From contig NW_008246070.1 of assembly GCF_000281045.1 (NCBI RefSeq), positions 586,954 to 650,953 of the forward strand: a DNA stretch of 64,000 nt, in the 5' to 3' direction. Below are positions 47,142-59,087 of the stretch, piece by piece (positions within the stretch are counted from its first letter, which is position 1; the number at the start of each line of letters is the position of its first letter). A program made the translations under genes and the position numbers. The notes beneath the pieces are model-generated. The model was not told the DNA's origin, did no database searches, and worked only from the letters and a program-made list of their open reading frames with translations. Source of the DNA: Saprolegnia diclina VS20. Taxonomy: Eukaryota.

Positions 47142-48664
47142 ATGGCGACGCAGACGCGCATCTTGACGAGCCTCCAGTACAGCTACCCGCCCTCGCTCAA
47201 GCCGGCGACGTGGAAGGACGCGGCGCCGCCCGCGCTGCCGCTGAGCCTCGTCGAGCTCTGCGTCCTCGCGCTTGTCAACGCCGAGGGCCCGGCGATGCGT
47301 GGCGTCGACATGATCTTCCCGTACTACGCCTCGTGGCACATTGCGCAATGCTCATGGAAGCATGGTGTAGGCGCCTGCCGGAAGAGCTTGCCCAATCGCT
47401 TCTCGCGGCCTTGGCCGACAAGGGCAAGGTGACCGACGACCGCCTCTCGGCGTTCTTGTCCGTGTCGCGCCGCGTGATTCGCCTCGTGGGCTGCAACACC
47501 ATTCGTAAATCCGTGCTGCGCCAAATCCCATTCCGATGCCCGTACCTGGTACTACCATTGATGGCGCTTCAAGATGGCGGTGCTCATGGCGCTGTAGACG
47601 TATCTCGATCTCTCCAACTGCCTCCAAGTGAGCAATACGGTCGTGCAAGACATTATGCAGGGCTGCGCCCACCTGCAGCAGCTGCGCCTGGACAACTGCC
47701 GCCACATCACCGACGCAGCCTTCCAGCCCGAGCAGTCTCTCTTTTACCCGCTCCGCGCCTGCCTTTCACTCAAGGTACATTGGCCCGATGACGGTGCACG
47801 TCTCATACAACGCAGGCGCTGAGCTTTGCGGGCTGCTCGCAAGTAACGCAAGCGCTGATTCTGAACCTCGTCAAGGCCTACCGGTCGCTCACGCAGCTCA
47901 ACTTTTCCCGCTGCAAGGTCTGTCATGACAGACGTTACTTTTAGGCCTCATCCTGCGGATCTAGCGCATCAACAGCGAGTCCATTCGCACTCTGCTGCAC
48001 GGCTCAATGGCGCTAAAGACCCTCAACCTCTCTTTCATGGTATTGCCTCGTCGATGACACATGCAGCGTCACCTTTTTATTGTCTAGGACATTTCAGACG
48101 AAGCCTTTGCGTCTTCGCACGCTGGCAACACACACCTTCTCAAGGAACTCGACCTGGGCCAGTGCAAGATCTCGGACGTTGCTCTCTTGTCGCTAGCGCA
48201 GTCGTGCCCCGAGTACGTCGCCGGAGTCCAGATTGGTATACGATCTCATCGTAATGCTGTGTAGCTTGGAAGTCCTGCGTCTGCGCTGGTGCACACAGAT
48301 CACCGACTTGGGCATGGTGCGGATTGCGTCGCAGTGCCGCCGCCTGCGCCACCTCGACCTCAACAACTGTGGCTTTGTGACCGACCAGACCGTCCTTGCA
48401 CTGGCGCAGCACTGCACGAACCTCCGCTGGTTGAACCTGTCGTGGTGCGTCCACGTCACGGACCACAGTATGGCCGAGCTCGTGCTTGGCTGTCTGCATC
48501 TCGAGGAGCTCCTGGTCGTGTGGTGCAGCCAGCTCACTGACGAAACCTTGGTCGCGCTCCTAAAGCACGCCAAGAAGCTCAAGTGCGTGCACTTGAACGG
48601 CTGCAAAGACAACATGTCGCCTGCGCGCATGGCATTCAGATTGCGTCCTAGACGCGAAACTTAA
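47142..48664 (+). CDS. Cysteine-containing LRR protein (FBXL/AMN1-like; multi-exon)
   Basis: Repeated L..L.L..C..ITD units (LRLDNCRHITD, LRLRWCTQITD, LDLNNCGFVTD, LNLSWCVHVTD) and an N-terminal SL.ELC motif. Confidence 0.82.
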
Positions 48665-48692
48665 CATGCAAAAAACTATTTAAACCCAAACA

Positions 48693-50495
48693 ATGATGGC
48701 GCCTCACAACCGGACGATCCAAATCTCAATGGACGCGATCTTGGCAGCAGCGACCGGGTCGGACGCATGGACCGCCGCCGTCGTCGCCTTTGCCTCGTCG
48801 GCCAAAGGTAGTCGCAGATGCGATCGGCAGCTGGACATGATGGCGCTGTAGACGCGGCGACCTTTGACAGTGACCGCGCGCTCAAAGCGGACGTGTGTGC
48901 GATGCTGTGGCAGGCGTTGCGGGACCCAACATTGCCGGGCGCAGGTACGCGACGACTTCATGTCGCCTTGACCAGCGCGCGTAGGCATCCACGCGAGCTT
49001 GACGGTCTGTAAAATCCTCATGCGGGAGCGTCGGGACATTGCCGTCTTGCTCTCGACCGAGGTACACTTTAGCCTTGGTGTCGCATGGGATACAACGCGT
49101 TCTAGGCGTTTGACGTCTTCTTGCGGCACGCGGCCAGACCGTACGCAACGAAAGCGAGCAATGCGGTCCAGCTCGAGGCCATTCGGTGCATGGTCAACGC
49201 CGTGTACATCCGCCCCGCCTTCGTTGAGCAACTTTTGGCCACCGCTCAGTACGACGCTCTACTGGCGCTATCGGCGGTTTGTCGTGCTATTGTAGCTTGG
49301 TGCTCATGTGCGCTTGGCCTAGTCGTCGCAGACCATGGAGTTCCACACGCTGCTCTGGAAGTGCATTCTTGCCACGTTCGAGCAGCCGCGTGCCATCACC
49401 ACGGCCATTACGGCACTTCACGTGTACGCGACGATCCTGCCCGTGCGTTTACCTCTCGCCCTCCGTATCCCGGATCGTTGATGGGACCCATTAGACGGCG
49501 GCGTACTGCATTCGCAGCCGGGACTTTGCCTTTTCGTCGCCCCAGATTGCACTTGTCGTCGAGCTTGTCAAGGCCATCTTTGTCATCACGTCGCATGTAT
49601 ATTGCTGCTCTAGACGTGCCGACGACGCATCATCATCCATTGTAGCACAAGGATGCAAGTGTCGATGCGCCATGGCCCGCCGTCGACGAGTACGGCGTCA
49701 TGTGATTCGTGACGTTGACATAAAATGCGTAGAGCGATGCCGCTGCTGTGTGACCTCCTGCAGCTACCCAACACGGCACCGATCCTCGAGCTCAAGCTGC
49801 AGACTGTCAACTGTCTCATGGTGCTGCAGCACCCAACGTACATTGAGTACCTAGTGACGCACAACGCCGCTTCGGACCTACTAACGTTCTTGGACTACAT
49901 GGTATGCCATGCTTCAGTGGGCAAAAGTGCTGAGGTGAAGGGCGCTAGCTCCTCAAGGTCCGCCTTGAGAAGACCAAGTACATACGTCGCCAGTCTCGCC
50001 CAGGTTCCTTATGCAGCGTAGGAAAGCGGGGGACGTGACGCCGCTGCTCATTGGGCTCAACTTGCTCTCGACCACGCACGCTCGCTTTCGTGACGCTTGC
50101 AAAGCGGCCATCTTTGGCGCGACAGGTTGGCACTTGGTATTCCTTCATATACTAAGGTGATTTCGTAGATCTGCCTCTGCCGTACGCATGCATGGTCGAC
50201 CTGTTTGTATCAGTATATAGAGCTGGTGTAGGTCGCCGGAAGGGCTTCCCATGTCGCCGCAGCCAAGCGCCAAGTTCTCGCTCCAAGAAGGTCTTTTGAG
50301 CTTCATGACGAGCCTCGACACGGACCTCAAGCGCTGCGTGAGCGAGTTCTTCTTTACCCTCTGCGAGCAGAACCGTACGAGCCTGGTATCCTGAGACCGT
50401 CGTCGCATGTTTGTTGATGTGTAGCGCTCGAGTTTACGCAGCGCACGGGCATGGGCAACGCCGTCGCCTTGCTTCGCACAAAAGGACTCGTCTAG
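48693..50495 (+). CDS. RIC8: Ric-8/synembryn-like G-alpha chaperone/GEF (many exons)
   Basis: L.VCKIL.RE, EAIRC.VNA.Y and the C-terminal FMTSLDTDLKRCVSEFFFTLC....EF..RTGMGNAVALL..KGL match the Ric-8 signature (LMT..DT..K....EF.F.LC......F...TGYGNAAGLL..RG). Confidence 0.78.
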
Positions 50496-50570
50496 TCAAT
50501 AGAAGACGAAGTACTAGCACCCTCAACGATCTCTTGGTTTATAAAGCTCGGCACTGAAATGGCACTCGGC

Positions 50571-52096
50571 TTACGGGGTCGTGATCTGGATGATGTGATA
50601 GTTGCGCTTGCCCGTGCGGACGAGCGTGGCCTGGCCTTCGATCGCGTGGTGCGACTCGAAGACCGCGGCGTCCGACTCGACGCGGACGTTGTTGATATAC
50701 AAGCCACCAGCCTTGATGAGCCGCCGGATCTCGGCTACGATCGGTCTCAGCACATAAAACACTCGTCGACGAGAGTCGTACCCTTGGTCTTGACAGCACC
50801 GAGAAGGCCGACGACGTCGACGACCTTTTGGCCAATCACCTGCGCCGGCGCCAGGGCCGTCTTGGGCGCGTCGATCGAGAGCATCGTAGCGGCCGAGATA
50901 CCGTCGCAGGAGCCGCCAAAGAGCACTTTGGCGGCGCGTTGGGCTTGCTCGAGCGCGTCCTTGCCGTGGATGAGCGTCGTCACGTGCTCGGCGACCGTCT
51001 GCTGCCCGAAGCGCTTCTCCGGTTCCGCAGCATGCGTCGCCAGGACGTCTTGGATCTCGTCGAGGCTCAGGAACGTAAATGTCTTGAGCAGCATTGGGAC
51101 ATCGGCGTCTTCGGACCGGATAAAATACTGGTAAAAGTCAAACTACGTGCGTGCGTGAGTCTCTGGGTGCGAGCGAGTTCCGTACCGTCGATGTCTTGGT
51201 GGGATCGAGCCAGATAGCATTGCCGGCCGACTTGCCATACTTCTCACCAGATGCGGTCGTGAGCAGCGGCAGCGTCACGCCGTACACTTCCTACCATTCG
51301 TTGACCATCTTGAACGGAAGAATTATGGCGGACCTTGCCGTCGGCCTTGCGCACCATGTCGGTGCCCGAGACGATGTTGCCCCATTGGTCGCTGCCGCCC
51401 ACTTGCACAAAGCAGTTGTAGTGGCGGTGCAGATGCAAAAAGTCGTAGGCCTGGAAGAGCTGGTAGGAAAACTCGAGGAAGCTCAGGCCGTGGTCGCTCT
51501 CGAGGCGGCGCTTGACGCTGTCCCGCGCCAGCATCGCGTTCACGCGCGCAAAGCGGCCGCAGTCGCGCATCCAGTCGACGGCCGACATCTTGCCGTGCCA
51601 CTCCATGTTGTTGGCGACAACCGCGCCCGTCTACAGCATGCACATGATGAAGCAGCTCGCATCGTAAGACGTCCTGTCGTACCGCAGACGACTCAAAGTC
51701 GAGGACGTTCTCGAGCGACTTCATGAGGCGGCTCGCATTCGCATCGACAGCCTCGGCCGTGAGCATGACACGCTCGTCCGAGCGCATGCTGGGGTCGCCA
51801 ATCATACCCGTGGCACCACCCACCTACGCCCGAGCACCTCTGAGCCCACATACTACTACATAGGACAGTCGCACGAGAAGAATGGGCTTGAGGCCCGCAA
51901 GCTGGAAGTGGCGCAATGCAATGGCCGTGACCAAGTTGCCGACATGGAGAGAGCTCGCGGTCGGGTCAAAGCCGCAGTAGACACCGATGGGCTTGGTGCC
52001 AGCGGCCACGGCTGCGTCAAGGACGGACGGAGCGCCGGCGTGCGTGAGGCCGGCCAAGAGGCCTCGCTGGCGCAGCGCATTGATGGCTCGGCTCAT
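50571..52096 (-). CDS. Tyrosyl-tRNA synthetase, bacterial-type (probably mitochondrial; multi-exon)
   Basis: [14 protein letters not shown] (HIGH), [41 protein letters not shown] (KMSKS-like) and an S4-like C-terminus. Confidence 0.95.
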
Positions 52097-52307
52097 GATG
52101 TGCGAGGTCGAGGAAACGCAGCGAAGAATGATGCTTCGAGTTGGCCCAACAAAAGTGGACCAATCACAGACCAGAATTCGCCGAGCCAACGTGGCGCCCG
52201 TCCGTCAGGTCGGAGGAGCCGCTTGAAGGGCTGACGGGGCGCAGCCCTAGGACTGCTGGCTACGGTATCTGTCGTAGGACCTGAAGTACGAAGAGACGAG
52301 TCTATTA

Positions 52308-53498
52308 TCATTTGCCCTCCATCAAGGTGACGCGCGCTTCACGCAGCGCTTCGAGCACCTTGTCGCTCGTTGGTCGCAGCGCCGGGTCGTGCTGGAGGCA
52401 CTGGCGGATGATCATCTTGATGCACGTCGGGCACTCGTCCGAGATGCTCGGGCGCAGCATACCGGTCACGAGCTTCATCGTGAGGTCTGCCGTCGGCGTG
52501 TGCTGCAGCTCCTCTTCGTACGGCGACTGGCGCGTGTCGAGCTCGGTGAGCACGACGCCGAACGAGTAGACGTCGACCTTTTCATCGTAGTCCTCGCCGT
52601 CCTGGAGCAACTCGGGCGCGCTCCATTGAATCTCGCCGACGCCCGCCGTCATTGTGTTCTCGTACGTGCGGTCCCGCGCGCAGCCAAAGCCGCTGAGCTT
52701 GGCCTCGCGGCGGTTCGTGAGGAGGACCTTCTCGGCGCGGATGTTGCGGTGGATGAGGCGCGGCGAGAGCGAGTGCATGTAGACGAGCGCGGCGCAGATG
52801 TCGAGCGCAATGCTGATCTTTTCTTTCTCCCACGACAGCTGGACGCGCTTGTTCTCGAGCAGGTGGCGCAGCGTCTTGCCCTCCATGTACTCGGAGATGC
52901 AGCAGAGCCCGTGGTCCTCGGTGATGTAGAACCCGATGAACTTGACAATGTTGGGGTGCTGGAGGCGCGCCATTGACCGCACTTCGGACACGAGCGCCTT
53001 CTTGTTCTTCGCAAAGTCCTCGGGCGACGCGGAGAAGATGAGGCTCTTGATAAGCACGGGCTGTCCGAGGTAGTGGCCGAGCTCTGTCTTCATGTAGTTG
53101 CCCGGCACGATGCGCGTGTGCACAATGTCGGTCGCGTCGAGCCAATACTGCTTCTTGTACGGCTCGAGCTCCGTGTACTCGCCACAGTTGACGTCGTCGC
53201 GGAACTGGTTGGCTTCCTTGTTCGAGCGTGGCATGATCATCTGGTTGCCCGGGAAGCGATTGTTGTTGCTGGGAAAGTTGCCGCGGCCCGGCGTTCGGGC
53301 ACCGCCACCCGGCGTGCGCGCACCCGGCGTGCGTGCTTGCGCCGAGTTGTACGCCGATGGGTTCGAGTTGGCACGGTTCACGCGCTCGGCCGCGTGGCGC
53401 TGGCCGTTGCCGCTATGGTGCATGGGCGGTGGCGGGTGGTACGGCGCGGGTACGGCCACGTTGTCCATGGGCGCTTCCGACGACGCACAGCTGCCCAT
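52308..53498 (-). CDS. TKL-family kinase-like protein, probable pseudokinase
   Basis: Kinase fold (HPNIV.F.G, EYM.G, WSAPE, DVYSFG, RP) but with HRN for HRD and SGFG for DFG. N-terminus is MGSCAS. Confidence 0.9.
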   Translation of the reverse strand: MGSCASSEAPMDNVAVPAPYHPPPPMHHSGNGQRHAAERVNRANSNPSAYNSAQARTPGARTPGGGARTPGRGNFPSNNNRFPGNQMIMPRSNKEANQFRDDVNCGEYTELEPYKKQYWLDATDIVHTRIVPGNYMKTELGHYLGQPVLIKSLIFSASPEDFAKNKKALVSEVRSMARLQHPNIVKFIGFYITEDHGLCCISEYMEGKTLRHLLENKRVQLSWEKEKISIALDICAALVYMHSLSPRLIHRNIRAEKVLLTNRREAKLSGFGCARDRTYENTMTAGVGEIQWSAPELLQDGEDYDEKVDVYSFGVVLTELDTRQSPYEEELQHTPTADLTMKLVTGMLRPSISDECPTCIKMIIRQCLQHDPALRPTSDKVLEALREARVTLMEGK

Positions 53499-53967
53499 GG
53501 CGGTCGTCGTCTCGGTAACAATTCGGGTCTGGCTCGTCCTAGACGCGACACCGCAATGTCCTAATTAGGATACATACACACACCACGAGGATGAGCCAGA
53601 GCATTACACGCAATATCGAACGTGATGTGGGAAACGTGAAAATCTCGTGCGCGCTGATAGGTCTGTATTAGAAATGGATATCCACCAATCGAAACGCACG
53701 GTGAAAAAGGCTGCGCCACTCCTTCACTGCGGCGCCTGGACACAAGCAGCGATGGAAGCCCCTGCAGCGGCCAATGGCATCGCGTGGCGATCGCAGCGCG
53801 CCAGTCGCAGCACTTGGGCGAGATCGTGTGACTTATGGGCGACAAATTTGTCGTACCGTGTACAGCCGCGCCACCTCCGACACCAAGACACACCGCAAAT
53901 AGGTTCATTGCTCGACTGCCACGTAGTTGCCATGGCTATCGCTCGGTGCCAAGACCGTGCAGCGTTA

Positions 53968-55255
53968 CTACGTGACGACGCCTGTCTGGCCCGCGTGCGC
54001 ACGCTCGTCGTCCAAAATGGCGCGTACTTGCTTCACGACCGGACTGTCCCATGTGGCGACGTGCGCAATTTGAAGCTGGCGCAAGAGGAGATGGCGGACG
54101 CGGCGATAGCTCGGGTGCGTATAGCTCGGAAAGTCGGCGTAAACCTGCTTGGCGTGGACTTTGATGAGCCGAAGGAGGTCGACGTCCGTGACACTGTCGT
54201 CGACCTTGGGTACGTGTGGGCCGACGTCGTAGAGCAACGCGTGGATGGCTCGGATCTCGGCCGCGTTGATGTAGTGGAAGAGCGCCGAGTACGTGCCGCA
54301 GCAGTCGAGCGACATGTGAATCGGCCAAATCGAGTAGAGCTGGAACCAGTCGCAGTTGGCCGGCGTGTAGTCGTACGTGCCGTTGACGCGCGGGTTGTTG
54401 ACGAGGCTGCCAGGCGAAAAGATGTGGAGGACGTCGCGACCGGAGCCCGGCTCCTTGGTGTTGAGCGCCAACACGTTGCGTTCGCGGAGGCAAAACGCGA
54501 TCTTGAGATCCTCGCCGCACGCGACGCAGCGCGCATGGCAGCCGTTGGCGACCGCCGCCATGTACTCGTTGACGGCGCCGCGACTGAGGAGGAGCCCAGC
54601 CATCGAGTTGAAGGTCAAGTGGTTCAGCTTGGGCCACGAATAGGGCCCAGACGTCGGCAGCACGAGCGGGTGCCCGAGAAAGTACGGCTCGTTCGCGTCG
54701 AGGCCCTGTACCAAATGCACAAGGTTGGATGGAATGACGTAAGACGAGTCGGCCGCGAGGTAGAACCACTGGTGGTGTGGCGCGTCGGTAAAGACCTTTG
54801 TGATCGCGTACATGGCCGGCGTCGACGCTTGACTCGCCGGGGGCACGAGCAGCGTAAAGCCAGGTGACGTCTTGGTCCTTGCCTCGGTCACGGCTGGCAA
54901 CCGGAACTCGGGCGTCTTGGTCTGCACGCAGTAGAGGTGCGGGATCGTCGTTGCCCACGTCTCGCGGATCGCCGTGATGCGCTCCGCAAAGCGCGACTCT
55001 TCCCACATGGAGCTGTACACGATGAACGCCATCGAGTCCTCGGTCATTGCATACTCCTTCGCCGGCACGAGCTCCGCGTCAACGTCAAAGAAGCCCACCA
55101 TGTACCACATGCGGCAGACAGCGGCCACCTACTCAGTCTCACTTAGCATCTTCGATTGCCAATAGCACAACCGTCCAGAAGCCCAGGAGCATGGCCAAGA
55201 GCTTCGGTCGCCGCCCCATGCCGCGTGGCACCTCGTCCGCGCCCGCGTCTGCCAT
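53968..55255 (-). CDS. Glycosyltransferase family 31-like (core-1 beta-1,3-galactosyltransferase/Fringe-like), 2 exons
   Basis: Type II TM N-terminus, AI.ETW, WF.....SYV...NL...L..LD..EP.FLG, AG.LLSR.A, GEDL.I..CL, CC......FHYI. Confidence 0.8.
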
Positions 55256-55589
55256 CACTTTATAGATCTGATGCGCCACGTGATCGATTAAATGTGGCAT
55301 TATTCCAGTATAAAATCGGCATCGCTCCTGCCCTAGAGTTGATTCACCCTTGGCCTAGCTCGTTGGGCTGCCCTTTTGTCGCACCGAGTTCCACGCGCGA
55401 TGCTGGTACATCGCAGGACGCTGAGGTCGCTCCAACGACAGGCCAGGTTTGTCCTTCAACGTGGCATATGCCTCGTTGCGTGTTGTGCGAGAAAGGCCAT
55501 TTTTAGCGCGAAGTTTCAAGCTCAGATTATGGAAGAAGCGTCCTCGGACGTGCCACGTTCTCACTCTTGCTTCATTCGAGCTCGGCGCT

Positions 55590-57236
55590 ATGATGGAGTT
55601 TGCCTACGTGAATGCTGCGACGCAAGAGCTAACGTGTCGCCGCTGCGGTACGCCGTGGAAGAATGTCTGCGCCTGCTTGACCTTGGACATCGAATGCTCG
55701 GACAGCACAACTCGCGCCGCAAGTCCCGTCGTCCGCGGCATTGAGCTCATCGAGATGTCGACGCGGTCCGTCGATATGGACGCTCTCTTCTTGTACTCGG
55801 AGTCGTCGTTGTCACAGTGCTCCAAGAGCCCCAAGCAGCCTTTTCTGTACTCAGACTCGGGTCTCTCGCCGTGCAAGCGCCGCCGCGACGAGCCTCTCAT
55901 GCTGCCGGGGTGCTCGCTGGCGTTCATGCTCGTACTCTGTGCGCCCAAGATGGCCGTCAGCATGGCCTGGTCCGCTCAGTGGGCAGCGTTTGGGCCACAG
56001 CTTCAAACGATCTTTGTCGCACCGTGGAAGGTGCAGCTCATCCAAGTGATTGGGCCGATCACAGGACTGCTCGTGGCACCCGCCGCCGGTGTCCTCAGCG
56101 ATCAGTGCGCTAGCGCGTATGGTCGACGCCGTCCGTTCATCTTTGGATCGGTCCTCGCGACGCTCTTGTGCTGGTGCCTCATGTCCAACAGCTATGCAAT
56201 CGGGACAGCGTGCGGCGACAGCAGTTCCAACCAAGTCGTCACGGCGACGATCCTCGTGGCTTGCTACCTCTGGATGGACGTGAGTGTCAATGTACTGCAG
56301 ACGACTGCCAACTTGATCATTGCAGACTTTGCCGGCGGGCGCCAGGTCACGGGTGCCGCCGTCGGATCCGTCTACTCGACGCTTGGGAGTCTCTGCGTGT
56401 CTGGGTACATTTGGCTCTTTGGTGCTGCGCAAGAGTCGCTCTCGGGCTTCTTTGGCATGCTCATGGGCGTCCTCCTTCTAACGTGCGTTCCGGTGCTTCT
56501 CTTTGCCCAGGAGATGCCGGTGGTAACGACGTCGACCACATCGCTTCTCGGTCGGCTCCACCACGCATCCCTCGGTGTGTACACGGGCGTGCGGATGCTG
56601 CCACAGCCGCTCGCCGTCTACTCGTTCGTGCTCCTCCTGCTCTCGTACGGCTACATTGCGTACAATGGTGCGAAAGGCCAATACTTTGGCTTGCACGTCT
56701 ACGACGGCGATGCGCGCGGCGCCGACAGCTGCGGCACCAACTGCACAGCTGCGCAGATCCAGTACAGAGACGGCGTCAACATTGCCGGCGGGTCCACCGA
56801 CACACTCTTCAACGCTGCGTCGCTGCTCTATTTTTTCTGCCTGCCGTACCTCGTGCGCTGGTTTGGCGTCCGGCGGCTCCTCCTCGCGTCAACTGTACCG
56901 CAAACGCTTCTCGTGGTCCTTGCCTTTTCCAAGGTTGTCGCGCTCGACGTGACGATCGTCGTGCTCTGCGCTGTCACCCAAGGCACGATCTTTGCGCTGC
57001 AAATCCCCGTCATCATGCACGTGATTGGGTACGGCGAGCAGGACGGCCTCGGCCTGTATGCCGGTGCGTTCAACTCGGCCAATTGTCTCGGCCAACTGCT
57101 CAACTTTGCGCTCTCGTCGGCTCTGCTGCACTCGCGCCTGCAGTACGGTCTCCCAATCTTGCTTGGCGGCGTCCTCAGCATCGCCGCGCTCCTCGTCGTC
57201 TATTCTCGCTTTCACGTGCGCATGAAAACATTCTAG
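55590..57236 (+). CDS. GPH/MFS sucrose-proton symporter-like (SLC45/SUC family)
   Basis: AWSAQWAA.GP, GP.TGL.V.P..G..SD...S.YGRRRPFI, WMD...N..Q, G.Y.G.FN.A...GQ; about 12 TM segments. Confidence 0.9.
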   Translation: MMEFAYVNAATQELTCRRCGTPWKNVCACLTLDIECSDSTTRAASPVVRGIELIEMSTRSVDMDALFLYSESSLSQCSKSPKQPFLYSDSGLSPCKRRRDEPLMLPGCSLAFMLVLCAPKMAVSMAWSAQWAAFGPQLQTIFVAPWKVQLIQVIGPITGLLVAPAAGVLSDQCASAYGRRRPFIFGSVLATLLCWCLMSNSYAIGTACGDSSSNQVVTATILVACYLWMDVSVNVLQTTANLIIADFAGGRQVTGAAVGSVYSTLGSLCVSGYIWLFGAAQESLSGFFGMLMGVLLLTCVPVLLFAQEMPVVTTSTTSLLGRLHHASLGVYTGVRMLPQPLAVYSFVLLLLSYGYIAYNGAKGQYFGLHVYDGDARGADSCGTNCTAAQIQYRDGVNIAGGSTDTLFNAASLLYFFCLPYLVRWFGVRRLLLASTVPQTLLVVLAFSKVVALDVTIVVLCAVTQGTIFALQIPVIMHVIGYGEQDGLGLYAGAFNSANCLGQLLNFALSSALLHSRLQYGLPILLGGVLSIAALLVVYSRFHVRMKTF

Positions 57237-57639
57237 AACAATGTCAATACATCAATGTATCAGCTCAATCGAGTGTCTCAACAGCCGTGCTCTGGCCGAC
57301 CCACGAATGATGCGCTGGGTCGGGCGACGTGGAGGAGCTCGTCCCGGTGCTCAGTCGAGAGCAGCACGTGGGCGAGCGACGGTGGTGGGACCATATGCGT
57401 TCTGGCAGCGAGCTCGACGCCTGCGATAGATCTCGTACAAATGGAGCGCATTGTCAGCTGTCTTGGGACCTTTGGCGACGGTAGCGACCAAATATTTTCG
57501 GTTCTATCACACGTTTGACGCGACGCCGTGACGATCTCGATCGAGATCGAGGTCGCCGATGCTCTGCCTCACAAAGCATGTCCCTGGGCTATGAGACACG
57601 TCAACGATATGAATGAAATATGCAATGTTGACAGAGTTT

Positions 57640-59087
57640 GAGGTAACCGCTAGTACCCAAGTCGGTGCAGCTGCGCCTCAAGGTCCCGGATTTGTTTCGA
57701 AAGCTCCTGAGTACGCTTGAAGAGTGCGCTCTTCGAGAGTCCTTCGATAGTGGTTTGCAGCTCCCGGATCGTCGTCGCGTTGGCTTCTAGGGCGGCTTAG
57801 GCCGTGACCGCCCGCGTCTCGAGCGCCGTCATGTCGGTCATGGCGTTGGTCTCCTGCGTCTGTAGCGCTGTTTCCAAGGCGGCTACGCGCGCCAGGAGGC
57901 CCGCCGTCTCTTCCTGGAGCTTTGTTTTGGCCTCTGCGAGCTCTGACTTGTCGGACGAGAGCGCGTTGACGCCAGCCGAGAGATCGTTGATATTCGTCAT
58001 GAGCTTCAAGATCTTGTTCTCGAGGCGCAGCTCGTTCGATGCGGCGCGAGTGGCTGCGTCGTCGGCTTGCGCTTCGAGCGCCTCGTAAGCCTTGCGTTCT
58101 GCTTCGAGCTCCGCGGCCGCGACCAGGTCTGGCGGTGCCGGTGGGTCACCGAGAATCACCTCAATGTCGTCGTCAAAGTCAGCAGAATGTCGCCTTCGAG
58201 CTGCGAGGCGCCGGCCAAAGCCGCTTGATGCGCCTCTTCCAGGCTGGCTTCCACTCGCTGGACGTCGGCGTCATGCTGCGACTGGGCTGCAGCGAGATCC
58301 GACCGTGCGACAACAAGCTCAGAGGCACCGGCCGAAGCCGCTTCTTGTGCATCTTCGAGCTTGGTCTGGAGCAGCTTCGAGCCTCGCGGGATGTCGTTGC
58401 GCATCTCGAGGAGTCACTTGAAGTTTCGGAGCATGCGGCTGCGACCGGTGCCTCCAACCGCGCTGCAGCCCAGTCGCAGCATGACGCCGACGTCCAGCGA
58501 CTGGAAGCCAGCCTGAAAGAGGCGCATCAAGCGGCTTCGGCCGGCGTCTCGCAGCTCGAAGGCGAATCGTGGCCGTGTCCATCGACGCGTCGAGGCTGGC
58601 TTGGAGGTCAACGACCTGCGCTCGGAGAGTTGCAACTTCCGAACGCAGCTGACCGAGGATCGCCTCAGTCGTGGTCGTCGATGCCGCGCTAACAGGCGTG
58701 GCATCCGTGGTGGCACTTGACGGAGCAGTCGCGACGCTCGTCACCGGTGTGCGACGCTGCGCGGCGGTGGTCGAGGTGCGGCTGCTTGCCGTCAGTGGTT
58801 GCCCTGCCGTCGCGGCGGGCGTTGGTGTCGACCGAATCATCGGTCGCACGCTTGACTGCGCGACCGATCGCACAGTCGCCGAGACAGTTGTTGTCGCACG
58901 CTGGCGGACAACCGTCGGGGTCTTGCTGCGCCCGAACGCGGTGGCACACGAACCTCGTGACCGCCGTCGGGCTTGGCTTTCGCAGGAGAGCATCTTGGGC
59001 CGCCAACTTGGCATCGGCGAGCTTTGCAGCGCGCTTCTGGTGGTAGAGCGGGTCGTAGAGGGACACGCGAATTCGTTTTTGAGGCAT
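57640..59087 (-). pseudogene. Disrupted coiled-coil repeat gene (internal inversion, frameshift, in-frame stop)
   Basis: Minus-strand coding fragments are interrupted by a plus-oriented piece of the same repeat (about 58385-58565), a frame change near 58185 and TAA at 57797-57799, after which coiled-coil sequence continues in frame. Confidence 0.65.
58190..58565. repeat. 105-bp inverted repeat (58190-58294 / 58461-58565) with 166-bp spacer
   Basis: The arms are reverse complements with 4 mismatches; both encode AAQSQHDADVQR[VL]EASL[EK]EAHQAA.AG.SQLEG. Confidence 0.92.

Noticed and set aside
18853..53498. Possible functional G-protein or endosomal gene cluster (TM-kinases, FYVE, IST1, Ric-8, pseudokinase)
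   Set aside because: The genes are interspersed with unrelated housekeeping genes, and there is no evidence of co-regulation in the sequence.
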